This document shows, one piece after another, positions 1-10,679 of a DNA stretch of 64,000 nucleotides (position 1 is the stretch's first letter; each line of letters begins with the position of its first letter). Location: NCBI RefSeq assembly GCF_036971445.1, contig NC_091482.1, forward strand, positions 46,066,001-46,130,000, read 5' to 3'. The notes beneath the pieces were generated by a model. The model was given only the letters and a program-made list of their open reading frames with translations. It did not search any database and was not told where the DNA came from. The stretch comes from Narcine bancroftii. Lineage: Eukaryota. The position numbers and the translations under genes were made by a program.

Positions 1-94
1 GCTACCTTTGGCAGATACCATTGACATTGTGAAGGTGCCATTTCAACTCCTTTCATCATGGTTTCCTGGAAAAGTAAGACCTGTATTTATCTAG

Positions 95-1093
95 CATGAC
101 AGAGTATATAGAAATGTTTTTTTGGGAGATAAATTGGGAAAGGTTTTTAAAACAGATCTTATTTGAAATACTGGAGATATAGTGGCTTTTTACACCTTTT
201 TGCAAGAACTTTGAAGAGTGCTCAAGAAATGACACTAATGGATTATTGTTTATCAAGGCAACAGTTGAAAGAGCAGGTTGGAACCGCTGCAATCTGAAAG
301 GAGAATTTTCTGTTGTAAGAGGGTCATGTGGTTTTGTAAGCAGAGAGAGTCAACGGNNNNNNNNNNNNNNNNNNNNNNNNNNNNNNNNNNNNNNNNNNNN
401 NNNNNNNNNNNNNNNNNNNNNNNNNNNNNNNNNNNNNNNNNNNNNNNNNNNNNNNNNNNNNNNNNNNNNNNNNNNNNNNNNNNNNNNNNNNNNGACAGCC
501 AGTAGAAGTGGGATTGGAACCGAACAAGCTGGCAACCGTTTGGAAGACAGCCTGGTCGAAGCCCTTGTGGCTTATGCAAGAGGATAGGACTGGCTGTCTA
601 ATGTCTCACTTGGAATAATAGAAACAAAAAGGAACTCTGTGGTGACCTGAAAGAAAGAGGATACCATCTGGAAAACCCTGAAGGGGCAAGTTTCATCAGC
701 GAGACACTGAGGAGACTGATGGAAGTGTCAACACATCTCTCTCTGAAAACTGACAAGAACCTTCCATTTACATTTCGAGCACCAAAGCCTGGTGAACTTT
801 ATAAATGTTAAATGTTATACTGTGCACAGTATAAGAATTGCCTGCAACCAGTAAACTTGAAGGAATGAGAAGTGAGATTGGACTGTGAACCAAAGGGTTT
901 TTCTGAACTTATACACACATTACATACACGTGCGCTTAGAATTAGAAGGGGGTTAAGTTAAGTTAATAATAAGTTAAAGTTTGATTCTGTTTTCATGTTT
1001 AAAGATAATTAAAAGCAAGTTTTGTTTAAGTTACCATTTGTCTTGGTGAATATCTACTGTTGCTGGGTTTATGGGTCCTCTGGGCTCGTAACA
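95..1093 (+). mobile_element. Solo LTR, long family A (Gypsy/ERV-type), containing an assembly gap
   Basis: Starts (CA)TGACAGAG and ends CTCGTAACA; flanks CTAG/CTGG (4-bp TSD, 1 mismatch); homologous to copies at 21796, 32128, 34754 and 50697. Confidence 0.8.
357..493. other. Assembly gap (N run)
   Basis: Run of n; lies where the ungapped LTR copy at 21796 has a (GA)n tract. Confidence 0.95.
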
Positions 1094-2632
1094 CTGGCAT
1101 CATCTGTGACCTCATAATTATCCACAAGTGCATTGAAGCCAATAATCTTCAAATGAAGCCACTGTTAGGGCATAAATGCAAGAAGGAGGGAATCATTCTG
1201 TTCCTCCAGTCTGCTCCACCGTTCACAGCTGAACCCTCACCTCATTCCTACGTTCTGCAGTCACCCAGGTGATTCCCTTCAGATCAAACTTACCTGTTGT
1301 TGTGAGGTTGCTTTCACCCTTCAACTCAGATGCAAGTTGTGACAATCTGCTCACGCTTACTCAAAGTTTATTCCCGTAATAGCTTGGAAATCTGCAACAC
1401 AATTTTCAGTTCTTTTTTCTTTATACATTAAATAGCCTGCTATTTTTCTCTTCGATCTCTAAATGAGCTTCCAACAGGATTTGTAAAAATGAGACGGAGA
1501 GTAACAAAGCATTTCTGGCATTGAAATAGCACGTAATAAAAACACAGACTGCATTAAGTGATTTTAATGTTGGGCAAGTGTTAAAGGTATTTCAAATGGT
1601 TTTATGTAGGCAGGGAGATTCAGTTACAACTTCGGCAGCATCTTAACTTAATGTTGGTATCAGATGAAGCAAACATTCGCCCTTTTACATCCTTATCGCA
1701 GGGCTCACTTTTGTTGAATAAGAATATGGGCTCTTTACAGTTGAGAATATTGCCATTCCCTTCCCTTCCCTTCCGTTCCCTTAAAGCTTTTCCCGTGAAT
1801 ATTGGGGACAGAGTCCGTTTCCACCGTAGCTGAGTTGGCTCCTAAACCCTTATATCCTCACATGACAGGGACATTGTACATCCTCCCAAGTTTTTCGACC
1901 TCTGTACATTGTAAACCTATAAACAGCACAATGTCATGTGATTTGAGTGGCCACAGCAGCTCACCTGCATGCACTCATGAATTGAAATTTCTTCTTCATT
2001 ATCTGTGGCCTATTTGCTTATGCCAAAAAATAATTCCCATGACAATCATCTTTCCAAAGATATACTTTTAACTATTGTGTTCAGTTACTCTTTTCATCTA
2101 AACAACTAATAGAGTTTAAAATATAAGATAATATTTAACCTATGAGCCAATATTTTTATTTGTAAAGTGAAAAGTATTGATTTTTTTAATGCCTCTCCTT
2201 GCCCCTTTCCCACTTGCTGTCGATAGAAGACGTACGCTACCTGCTATGGCATCTTAATTATATTTCAGCCACTAAGTATCTATTACACACTCCAAGCTAG
2301 CACGCTATGAAGGTCATGGGAATTCAAATAGCAAATTACACGTGGTCACTCAATTTTGATCACTAATCTCAGAGTTCAAAATGGCATCAACTGGCCCACT
2401 AGTGTAAACGAGGTGAGAGGTCACCTGAGGTTAGGTAAGACAGCCGCCAACCTCGGTCATACCAGCCCCAAAGTTTCTCACAATCACCTTAATCTTCACG
2501 TGACATTGTAAGACACTGCCCCAGTCTCATTCTGAGCTATGCCACCCATGGAATTATATATTTTTTAGAGCTATAGCAGAGTAACAGGCCCTTCCTGCCC
2601 ATGTGCCGGGCCGAGCAATCTTGAGGGTAATT

Positions 2633-2853
2633 GGGCGGCACGGTCAGCATAGCAGTTGGCGCAACGCTGTTACAGCACCAGCGATCGGGACCGAGATTTG
2701 ATCTGGCGCTGTCTGTAAGGGGTTTGTGCGTTCACCCCGTGTCTGTGTGGCTCTGATTTCCTCCCACCATTTGAAATGTACCAGAGGTTGAAGGTAATTG
2801 GGTGGCACAGGCTCATGGGCCTAAAGGTCCTGCTACCGTGCTGTATGTCTAAA
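2633..2853 (+). mobile_element. HE1-like V-SINE
   Basis: tRNA-like head GGGCGGCACGG, then V-domain GCTGTCTGTAAGG.GTTTGT.CGTTC.CCCCGTGTCTG. Confidence 0.8.
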
Positions 2854-3811
2854 CAGCTCTTCTTCCAATTAGGTTCCTCACTGCCCTTTGAACTTCACAG
2901 GAATTTTTCAATTTCATATTTGCACTGCCCTGATTATTCCATGCAGCCACTGGTAATGAGGATCAACTTTTGTTTCCTCTTTATGCTTTAACAACATATC
3001 TTAAATAGCGGGTAATGATAAGTCAGATACAAGATGGAGAGGGAGAATGTGATTGTGTGGTGCTAGAATAACAATCTTGCTCTCAACATTAGCAATACCA
3101 AAGAGTTGACTGTGGACCTTAAAAAAGGAATGTGGAGGGATCGCACACCTGTCTTCATTGGCAGACAGCGGTATGGAGGGTGAGCTTCCAATCACTGAGC
3201 TTTCATGAGACCTCTTTTGGGACAGCACATCAAAGTACCTGCGAAGAAAGCACACCAATGTCTCCACTGTATAAGAAGTTTGAAGAGACTGCCCAACTCC
3301 TATACTCAGTACTTTTATTTATGTGACAAAAGCGCTCCACAATCACATACGACTGGGTTAAATGCAAATGAAGCAACCTGCTGTTTGACCAGGTAGGCCA
3401 ACGCAGACACAGTCCCAGGGTCGGGGTACTGTCTGGGGACAAAGACCTCCAGGTTCCTCTTCTTCAGGATGGGAGTGCATTGCAGGTGAACGTACAAAGG
3501 AAAGGAAGGGGTAGAGGAGAGGAAAGAACAACGGAAGATCTATGGAAAGGTGGAAGACAGACTAAACTAAATGACAAAGAGATTCGATTAAAGCAAAAGT
3601 GGATAGGAAAGAAACAAAAGTGTTGTTGAAGGGTGTCAGCCAAAAACATTAATCATTCTACTTCTCCCAAACAAAAAAGGTTTGAGGCTTGTAAAATGCA
3701 TTAGTGAGAGCACCGAAAATTTACTATGTCTCTGAACGAACACTTGCAGTACAACTTGAACAATGGCTTCTTCCTTCATGCCACAGAGGATCACTAGAGT
3801 CTCCCTCCTTC

Positions 3812-4200
3812 CACCCCCGCCCCCCACCCCATCAAGGTGATCTACCAAGATCATTGCCTGAAGAGGGCACACAAAATCATTGAGGACCCTTTCCACCCTG
3901 CACATAGCATCTTTCAGCTGCTCCTCTTGGGAACAAAATACAGCCAGCACCATCAGGTTGAGAAACAGCTTTTTCCTACAGGCAGCGAGAATGCTGAATG
4001 ACCAAGGGAACTGCTCACACTGACCATCTAAGACTCTCATATTCATGAAACAATATTTATTTATTTGTCTATATGAATACATATTGTTTATCTGTATGTG
4101 GTTGCGTGTCTGCGTGTTTTGCACTGAGGATCTGAGAACACTGTTTCATTGGGTTGTACTTGTGCAATCAGATGACAAGAAAACTTAACTTGACTTAACT
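3812..4200 (+). mobile_element. Rex-Babar LINE 3' fragment (a further degraded piece lies at about 3010-3300)
   Basis: Encodes RLRNSFFLQAARMLN-like C-terminus; short (ACTT) tail; upstream piece resembles LNxSxTKELxVD. Confidence 0.65.
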
Positions 4201-5239
4201 TGATTGAAAATTACCTGGGTAGCTCCTCTCCACAAAAAGCATAGCAAATCCAATCTGTCTCATTCCTGCCCCAATCTGGAAGGTCTCATCACAGAGCTGT
4301 TAAGTGGCGCTTACACAATAATAACCTGTTCATCTGTGCTTGGTTTCGATTCCACCCAGTCTATGGTTTTGGATCTTAACATAGTCTATTCCAAACAAGG
4401 ACATAAGGACCAAATTCCATGGGAAAGTAGGTAATTATTGCCTTGGAGACCAAGAAACCCTGCTGAAATTGAAGACAACTAGAATTAAGGGGAACTTCCT
4501 CATAGATGGAGTGATCTCAGCCCCAGGTGGTCTGGAAGGTTGTCTACTCCAACCACCCTCAGCATCACAACTTCCCAAGTGTCAAGCATTTGCTGGTACC
4601 TTTTCATTGTAACTTCTATTTACAATTCTTAATACAAAAATAAACTGTTCTTGCATGAAAACCTGGCAACCTGGGTGAGGTGAAAAAGCAGTGATGTACC
4701 ACTGGGAGGCAATGCCCATTTCCAGTCACAAAGGATCTAACCACTGGACCCATTCCCTCGCCAAGCCCACGGTCATCAACATCCTGGAGCTTAGGAAAGG
4801 GCCGAACCAGTCACTTTGACAAGGTAATAAGATGCTGCATTAATCTAAAAGCTTAATTAAGACAAGTGCAGATCAATCAGAGGATTATTATTACATCATC
4901 AGCCTCTGAACTCAGGGCTTGCTAATATGGAGCAAAAGGTGAGGCATTATCAAAAGTGTTTTATGGAACAATAATGTTGAAGTGAGTGGCTCCTGAGTTT
5001 ATGGTTGACCTGACTTGCTAAAATCTGATGATACATATTCTCCCATTAGCATTCTTCAAGCTAATATTAAGAATAAAATGTGTTGTGACATTCATTAATG
5101 ACTTGATACGGTATGCATTCCATCAATTTAATTATGTGTAGTGAAAGGGTGACTACTCGATGAAATCAAACTATAGCACAAGCCTGTCGAGTTGCACAAG
5201 ATGGGTTACTGCAGAAAACAGGCCTTTATTTAACCATAA

Positions 5240-5862
5240 AATATTTTATTCACAATAAATTTTTTATAGAAAGAAAACTGTTCAAAACTCTTTGTACCCT
5301 TCAATATATTTTACATTAATTTCTATGTACATCATTGCCACTACTGTGGCTCCTTGTCATTACTCCCCCTCTGTTATTTGAGGGGCTTTCTCTCAAAGCC
5401 CAGAAATGGGAGGACTCTAGACCATCCCTTGGGGCCACAGCACATTTAAGTAAAAGCCTTGTTTTCTTTTCACTTTACATAGCATAAGTATTTAATATGT
5501 TTTTTTTTTATGTAGGTGTATGGGAAAAAGCAAAACTTGACTGCTTCACAGGGAAGGAGGCACATAGACTTGGAGCAGAGTCCTGGAGGGGAGGGGCCTA
5601 CAGCTGAAAAAAGGTTGAGAATGGCTGCTCTAGACTGTGGCCCTTCCCCACAGCGCCATCGCATTGGCTGCCTCACTGTATCCCTCAGCATGTACTCCTG
5701 CAGCCTGGAAGGTGCCAGTCGGCAGCGTTCTCTCACTGACATCTCCCTGTGCTGGAAGCTCAACAGGTTTCGGGCTGACCAATGGGAGTCTTTCGCCGAG
5801 TGGATGGTCTTCCAGCAGTTCTGGGTGTCTGACTCTGGGTGCATCTCCAGGGACAGTCCATA
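5240..5862 (-). mobile_element. Tx1/L1-clade LINE 3' fragment, interrupted by a hAT MITE
   Basis: Minus ORF CWKTIHSAKDSHWSARNLLSFQ...RLQEYMLRD matches the Tx1-type ORF2 C-terminus; AATAAA near 5245 on minus. Confidence 0.7.
5423..5627. mobile_element. hAT (Charlie-type) MITE
   Basis: Perfect 8-bp TSD CTCTAGAC (5415-5422, 5628-5635); end GTTGAGAATGGCTG shared with copies at 46635 and 59609. Confidence 0.8.
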
Positions 5863-6002
5863 GATCAGAGAGTCCACTGCTGCTGGGGATGAACCGTGGC
5901 AAGGTCCCTTGTATCCTTCTCCACACACTCTTAGTGAATCTACATTATGCGAAGAGGTGGGCAACTGTTTCCACTCCACCGCAGTCATTGCTGTGGGTAA
6001 TG

Positions 6003-6427
6003 CAGGGTCGGCATCAGAAGGTATGTTAGAGGGGGCCCTTAGCAATTTTGAGTGGGGCTTGTTTAGTGGGGGGGATGCTGGCAGGGACGTGTTGATGGGA
6101 GGGGGATGTGTTGGCAGGCACCTGTTGATGGGGGGAGGTGCTGGGTGGAACCTACCTGCCATTAACACCATCTACCCCTCCGACATGGGGCACGAGGATG
6201 CTCTTCTTAATTGTATCAAGCATCACTAGACACTACTGATGTTTGATGCACACTAGTGACACAGCCAAGGGGGCAGGTGGAAAGTCATTAGCCTGCATCT
6301 ACCTAGATGCTACTGACACAGGAAGGAGTGGGGTGGTTCTGATGGCCAGGGATGGCTGCGACTATATGGGAGCACAGCACTTCGTTTGCGGGCAATGCCA
6401 CATATGGCCCCCTTGCCACCAACCCTG
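6003..6427. mobile_element. hAT non-autonomous element
   Basis: CAGGG...CCCTG termini; perfect 8-bp TSD GGGTAATG; same family as 44332-44694. Confidence 0.8.
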
Positions 6428-6949
6428 GGGTAATGTTCCTATTGTACAGGAAGAATAGGAGACCAGGAGAGCTTCTCTCACCACCATTTTTGATTTACAG
6501 AGAAATCAGCTTACAGAAATGGAATGCTGATGTAACTGAGGGATTACCTGTACCACATTTAACATATCATGGATTTAGTGGAAGGTACAATATAACAGAA
6601 GCATCACTCTCCTATTGGAAATAGGTGAGTCAGTAAGAAAGAATTGAAATTAAGGCTTTAGTTCTGACCAATTCTACTTTGAGGAAACACTCTGACACAT
6701 TAATGAGTATGTCAGGTGGTCTAAACACGCAGAACAATGTTGTACTGTTGCAGCCAATCTGCAGCAGGCAATAGCTTCAGGAGTTTCAGGGCTGTACGAC
6801 TGAGGTCCTCATTGGAGTTTCTGTCTCTTCTGTGAATGCTCAGATTGCAGCCAGATTGTATCCAGAGTGATCATGATTGCTTCATCTCAGCTGCATTGTG
6901 AATGGAATGGAACATCTTGCTGGATCCACTGATATCGGTAAGTTAACCA

Positions 6950-7255
6950 CACACAACATTACAGCACAGGAAAAGGCCCTTCATCCTTTCTAGTCTGCGC
7001 CGAACTACCTCATTCCACTGAGCTGCACCGAGTCCATAGCCCTCCATGTACCTGTCCAAATCTTTTTCTTAAATGTTAAAATTGAGCCCAAATTCACCAC
7101 TTCAGCTCGTTCCACACCCCCACCACTCTCTGGGTGAAGAAGTTCCCCCAAAAACATTTCCCTTTTCTCCCTTAACCCATGTCCTCCCGTTTGTAGCTCA
7201 CCTACCCTCAGTGGGAAAAAAAACCTTCCTACTCTCTCTACACCCCTCATAAGAG
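6950..7255 (-). mobile_element. CR1 LINE 3' fragment
   Basis: Minus strand resembles the CR1 end (FFTQRVVGVWN, TFKK) followed by the CR1 3' UTR. Confidence 0.65.
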
Positions 7256-7779
7256 ATCTGTGGGGTTGGGTAGATCTGGAGACATCAGGGAATGTTAACA
7301 GCAGGACAGCAACATGATGTAGACTGGAAGCAGAATCAGGGCCATGACACTGGAGCCACCTCATTCCTTCATATCTTCAGTCAGGGAGCAGTCTTAGCTC
7401 TCAAAGACTGAGGAGGCACCTAAAAGGTTTGGCATCCTTAGATCTATCCTACTTCTGAATACGTTGGCACCAAGAATCACACACGCTTTTTCTCAGCATT
7501 TACCTTACAGTTATGATTACATTGAAGTTGTGAGCACAGGCATTATCCTTAGCAAGATTTGGAAATCACCCTCACTCTTTGCCAAATACCACCTGTTTGA
7601 CGATGAGGGGCACAGACTCCATGGGCTGAATCGCCTATTTCTGCTCCTTTGTCCCATGGACTTATGGAAACCTCACCTTCAGCAAAGGGATTGCCTCATT
7701 TGATTCAGAGTTGCCCTCTAAACTTGCTGAGCAACTAAGGGATGCAGTGCATGGAGATAGTTCTTGCCTGTGGTGAAGT

Positions 7780-8267
7780 GAGACGCGGGATCGCCACGTT
7801 GACGACCTTTTGGTTGAGTGAATGACTGTGAAGTTGAAACCCTTGGCGTCTAATTTGCCTGCTGGACAGGTAGAATCGCCCGCCTCTTTCTCTCAATGCT
7901 GTCCCCCACCACCCAGCCCACTCGCCCCAACCCTACCTCAAAAGCAATGCGTTTGAAAGCCCAGAAAGGACTTGGGCGCCCGGGACCCTGATTGACCCGG
8001 CGGGCAAGTGCACGCCTTGGTGATGAATGATTAACCCGGAGCGCTGGAAGTTTGGGCAAAAGTGCACAATGCTGCTGCCTCTCCAGTGACGGCAACTTCT
8101 TAGGAAACCTGGTGGGCTTTCAGGACAAAGGGGTCGGCGGGGAGTGAGCGAGCCGGTTGGATGTGATCACCTGGCGCAGCGGACCAGCCCGGGGGAGGGG
8201 TGTCAGTCCACCGGCGGCGAAGTTCGGAGAGGGCTGCTCTTCCACAACACGAACAGAGGAACGCGCC
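7780..8267 (+). promoter_or_regulatory. CpG-rich promoter/5' UTR of the aquaglyceroporin gene, with an HNF1-like site
   Basis: Locally high CpG immediately upstream of the ATG; GTTAATCATTCAT on minus at 8023-8035; GGGGGAGGGG box near 8191; TSS not determinable. Confidence 0.55.
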
Positions 8268-8372
8268 ATGGAAGCCCAGACCCAGAGGAAGAGTCTGGTG
8301 GACAGATGCAAGCTGCAGAACACCTGGATTAAGGAAGGGCTCGCTGAATTTCTGGGATCTTTTATCCTGATT
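8268..8372 (+). CDS. aqp9: Aquaglyceroporin coding exon 1 (aquaporin-9-like): MEAQTQRKSLVDRCKLQNTWIKEGLAEFLGSFILI
   Basis: Strong Kozak GCGCCATGG; MIP-family AEFLG motif of TM1; phase-0 donor GTGAGT at 8373; N-terminus resembles AQP9 more than AQP3/7/10. Confidence 0.85.
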
Positions 8373-8754
8373 GTGAGTACCTCCCTCTAACTTCATCCTC
8401 ATCTCTCACCCTGGGACCCTAGACCCCAGGTCGCCTCCAAATAGTCGCAAAGATCCTCTTGGTCAAATTCCAGGGAAGTTTGAACTGAAGTGTCAAATTA
8501 GACCTCCAATTTTTAATTTCAGCAAGGATTTTTTTTTAAAAAGAGGGAGTTAAGGAACAAACTTTTTTTTTGGCAGATCCCACAGTCTGTGCCCGGTGCT
8601 GTAGAGCGGATAACTGCTCCCGTGTTATTCCCGGGTACGTTCACTCTTTGAATTATCCGAGACATCAGGTCTTACGGACTGGCACCCAGAGCTGAAAACG
8701 GCTGCAAAGTCTCTAGGGCGAAACTAGAACTTGGGGCAAGACAGGAGATTTAGG

Positions 8755-8995
8755 ATTGAGATGAGGAGGAACTGCTTTTCTCCAGAGGGGTGGGGGGTGA
8801 ATCTGTGCAATTCATTCACTGTCCATCGACCTCAGTAAATGCATTTAAGATATTTTTTTACAGCGGAGGGGAATGAAGGGATATGGGGAAAAGGCAGGTC
8901 GGGTGGAGCTGAGCCCATCATCAGATCATTGAATGGGAGAGCAGGCTCGAAGGGCCGAATGGCCAATTCCTGCTCCCTATTTCTTAAGCCCTCTG
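8755..8995 (+). mobile_element. CR1 LINE 3' fragment
   Basis: GAGATGAGGAGGAACTGCTTTTCTCCAGAGGG ... GCAGGCTCGAAGGGCCGAATGGCC, typical CR1 3' end. Confidence 0.65.
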
Positions 8996-9444
8996 GGTCT
9001 TTGTGGGTCTCTGCGCCATCGGAAATATTGCAATAGCCGACTAGGCAGATGTGCCATCGGTCAGCAGGGAGAGAACAGGAACAGAACGCAGCATCAATCG
9101 GTTGGGGAGGGGACTCATTCGCTTTCGCTGATGTCACCGGGATGACTCTTTAGCTCCAGAGCCTCAGAAGCAGTCAGTATTCTTTTCAGAGAGGAAAAGG
9201 TTAGTTAGAGGCCATTCACCCCATGGTTCCTATGCTCAACCTATGAAAGAGTCAAAATCCCTCCTCTCCCCCCTACCCCCCCCCCCCCAACATGCATAGG
9301 TTGTCTTTTTAAATATTGGTCTACCTTTTAGAAAGTGCCCACCTTTGCACTAGAGCAACTTAGCAAGGCTCCTCAGACAGCATCTTGCAAACCCACCAAT
9401 TAGGCAGTCAAGAGAAACAAAAACAGCAAAAAAAGCAAAACACA

Positions 9445-10082
9445 AAAGTCTGGTTGAAGTAAAAACACGACGCTGGAGAAACTCAGCAGGTCTAACAGTG
9501 TCCTTTATATAGCAAAGATATATAATCAATGTATCGGGCTTGACCCCTTCATCAAGGTATGAGCAAAATGTAGGCAGGTGCCTGAACAAAATGGTGGGGG
9601 ATGGGACTGAGGGGGAGAAGGTCTAACGCCCAATTGTTCGTCTGAACGAGGCTGTATGGATCAGTATAGAAACCAGAATCGGATCCATTTTATCTCATGG
9701 CATATAAAGAAGTTAAGGAAGGATGGACTCTCACCTCCCCAGGAGGAAGCAGATCACTGGTAATTGGACGGGGAAACTAGCAGGTTGTTGTGGGGAGCTG
9801 TCTGTTCTACACAGGACCATCTCAGCACACACACCAACTAGTCTATGTACAAATGTGCTGGAGAAATGTGGCAGGTCTGGTTTCTCTCATCAATATAGCT
9901 CCGTTCAGATGAACATTTGGGTGTTAGACCTCCATCACCTCCAGATTTTGTTCGGGGAACTGTCTACATTTCGCTCATACCCTGATGAAGAGCTCAAGCC
10001 CGAAGGTTGGTTATGTATTTTTATGTCTGCTATATAAAGTAAACTGTTTGACCTGCTGAGTTTCTCCAGCATTGTGTTTTAA
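9445..10082. mobile_element. Penelope-like element remnant with inverted pseudo-LTRs
   Basis: About 130-bp inverted repeats (GCTGGAGAAACTCAGCAGG...CTTCATCAAGG vs CCTGATGAAG...CCTGCTGAGTTTCTCCAGC) carrying hammerhead-like cores. Confidence 0.7.
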
Positions 10083-10552
10083 CAAAAGCATGGAAACACG
10101 ACCTTTGAAATTGCCCTCCAAGCCACACACCATTACTGGGTCAAAATCATGGAAATCTCTACCTATCAACATTATGGGCACATTGACACCTCAAAGACTG
10201 CAGCAGTTCAAGAAGGCAGCTCCCCACAACCTTTGTCTGGGTTATAATGAATAGTAATTCATGGCTGGCTCAGCCTGTGAAGCCCACCTCCTTAAATGCT
10301 GGAATCCAAAGCTGGAATCTTGCACAAACCATGAGCTGTGGTAGCAGCCAGTCAGGCAGCATCCGTGGGTAGGAGTGGGCAGGCAATTTTTCAGCTTGGG
10401 TTCTCCTGCAGAACAATGTTCCATTTTTGTTGCACATATTAAAATCCAGGGATGATTATTATTAATGTTTTACGTTGAAGGGTAATTAGGATATTAAAAG
10501 GATATTATCTTTTGACCCAACTAAATATTGTTCAAAATTCTGTGTCTTGCAG

Positions 10553-10679
10553 CTGTTTGGTTGTGGTTCCATTGCCCAGTCAGTGCTGAGCAGAGGAGCA
10601 AGTGGAAATATTTTGACTTCTTCCATTTGTTTTCCGTTCGGAATTACCATTGCTGTTTATGCCTCGATGGGAGTTTCAG
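10553..10679 (+). CDS. aqp9: Aquaglyceroporin coding exon 2: LFGCGSIAQSVLSRGASGNILTSSICFPFGITIAVYASMGVS(G)
   Basis: Acceptor TGTGTCTTGCAG, donor GTACGT at 10680; 127 bp, phase 0 to 1, the conserved exon-2 size of vertebrate aquaglyceroporins; FGCG.AQ.VLSRG and GVSG motifs. Confidence 0.9.

Noticed and set aside
246-587. ORFs spanning N runs (also 32220-32622)
   Set aside because: Artefacts of translating assembly gaps within LTRs.
2633-2705. tRNA genes at SINE heads
   Set aside because: A/B-box-like sequences run directly into the V-SINE body and do not form full cloverleaves.
5470-6171. 233-aa minus ORF as a gene
   Set aside because: Chance read-through across a hAT element, a Tx1 LINE C-terminus and a MITE.
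8157-8267. N-terminal extension of the aquaporin suggested by the ORF track
   Set aside because: Starts at a non-ATG codon; the ATG at 8268 has strong Kozak context and gives a normal N-terminal length.
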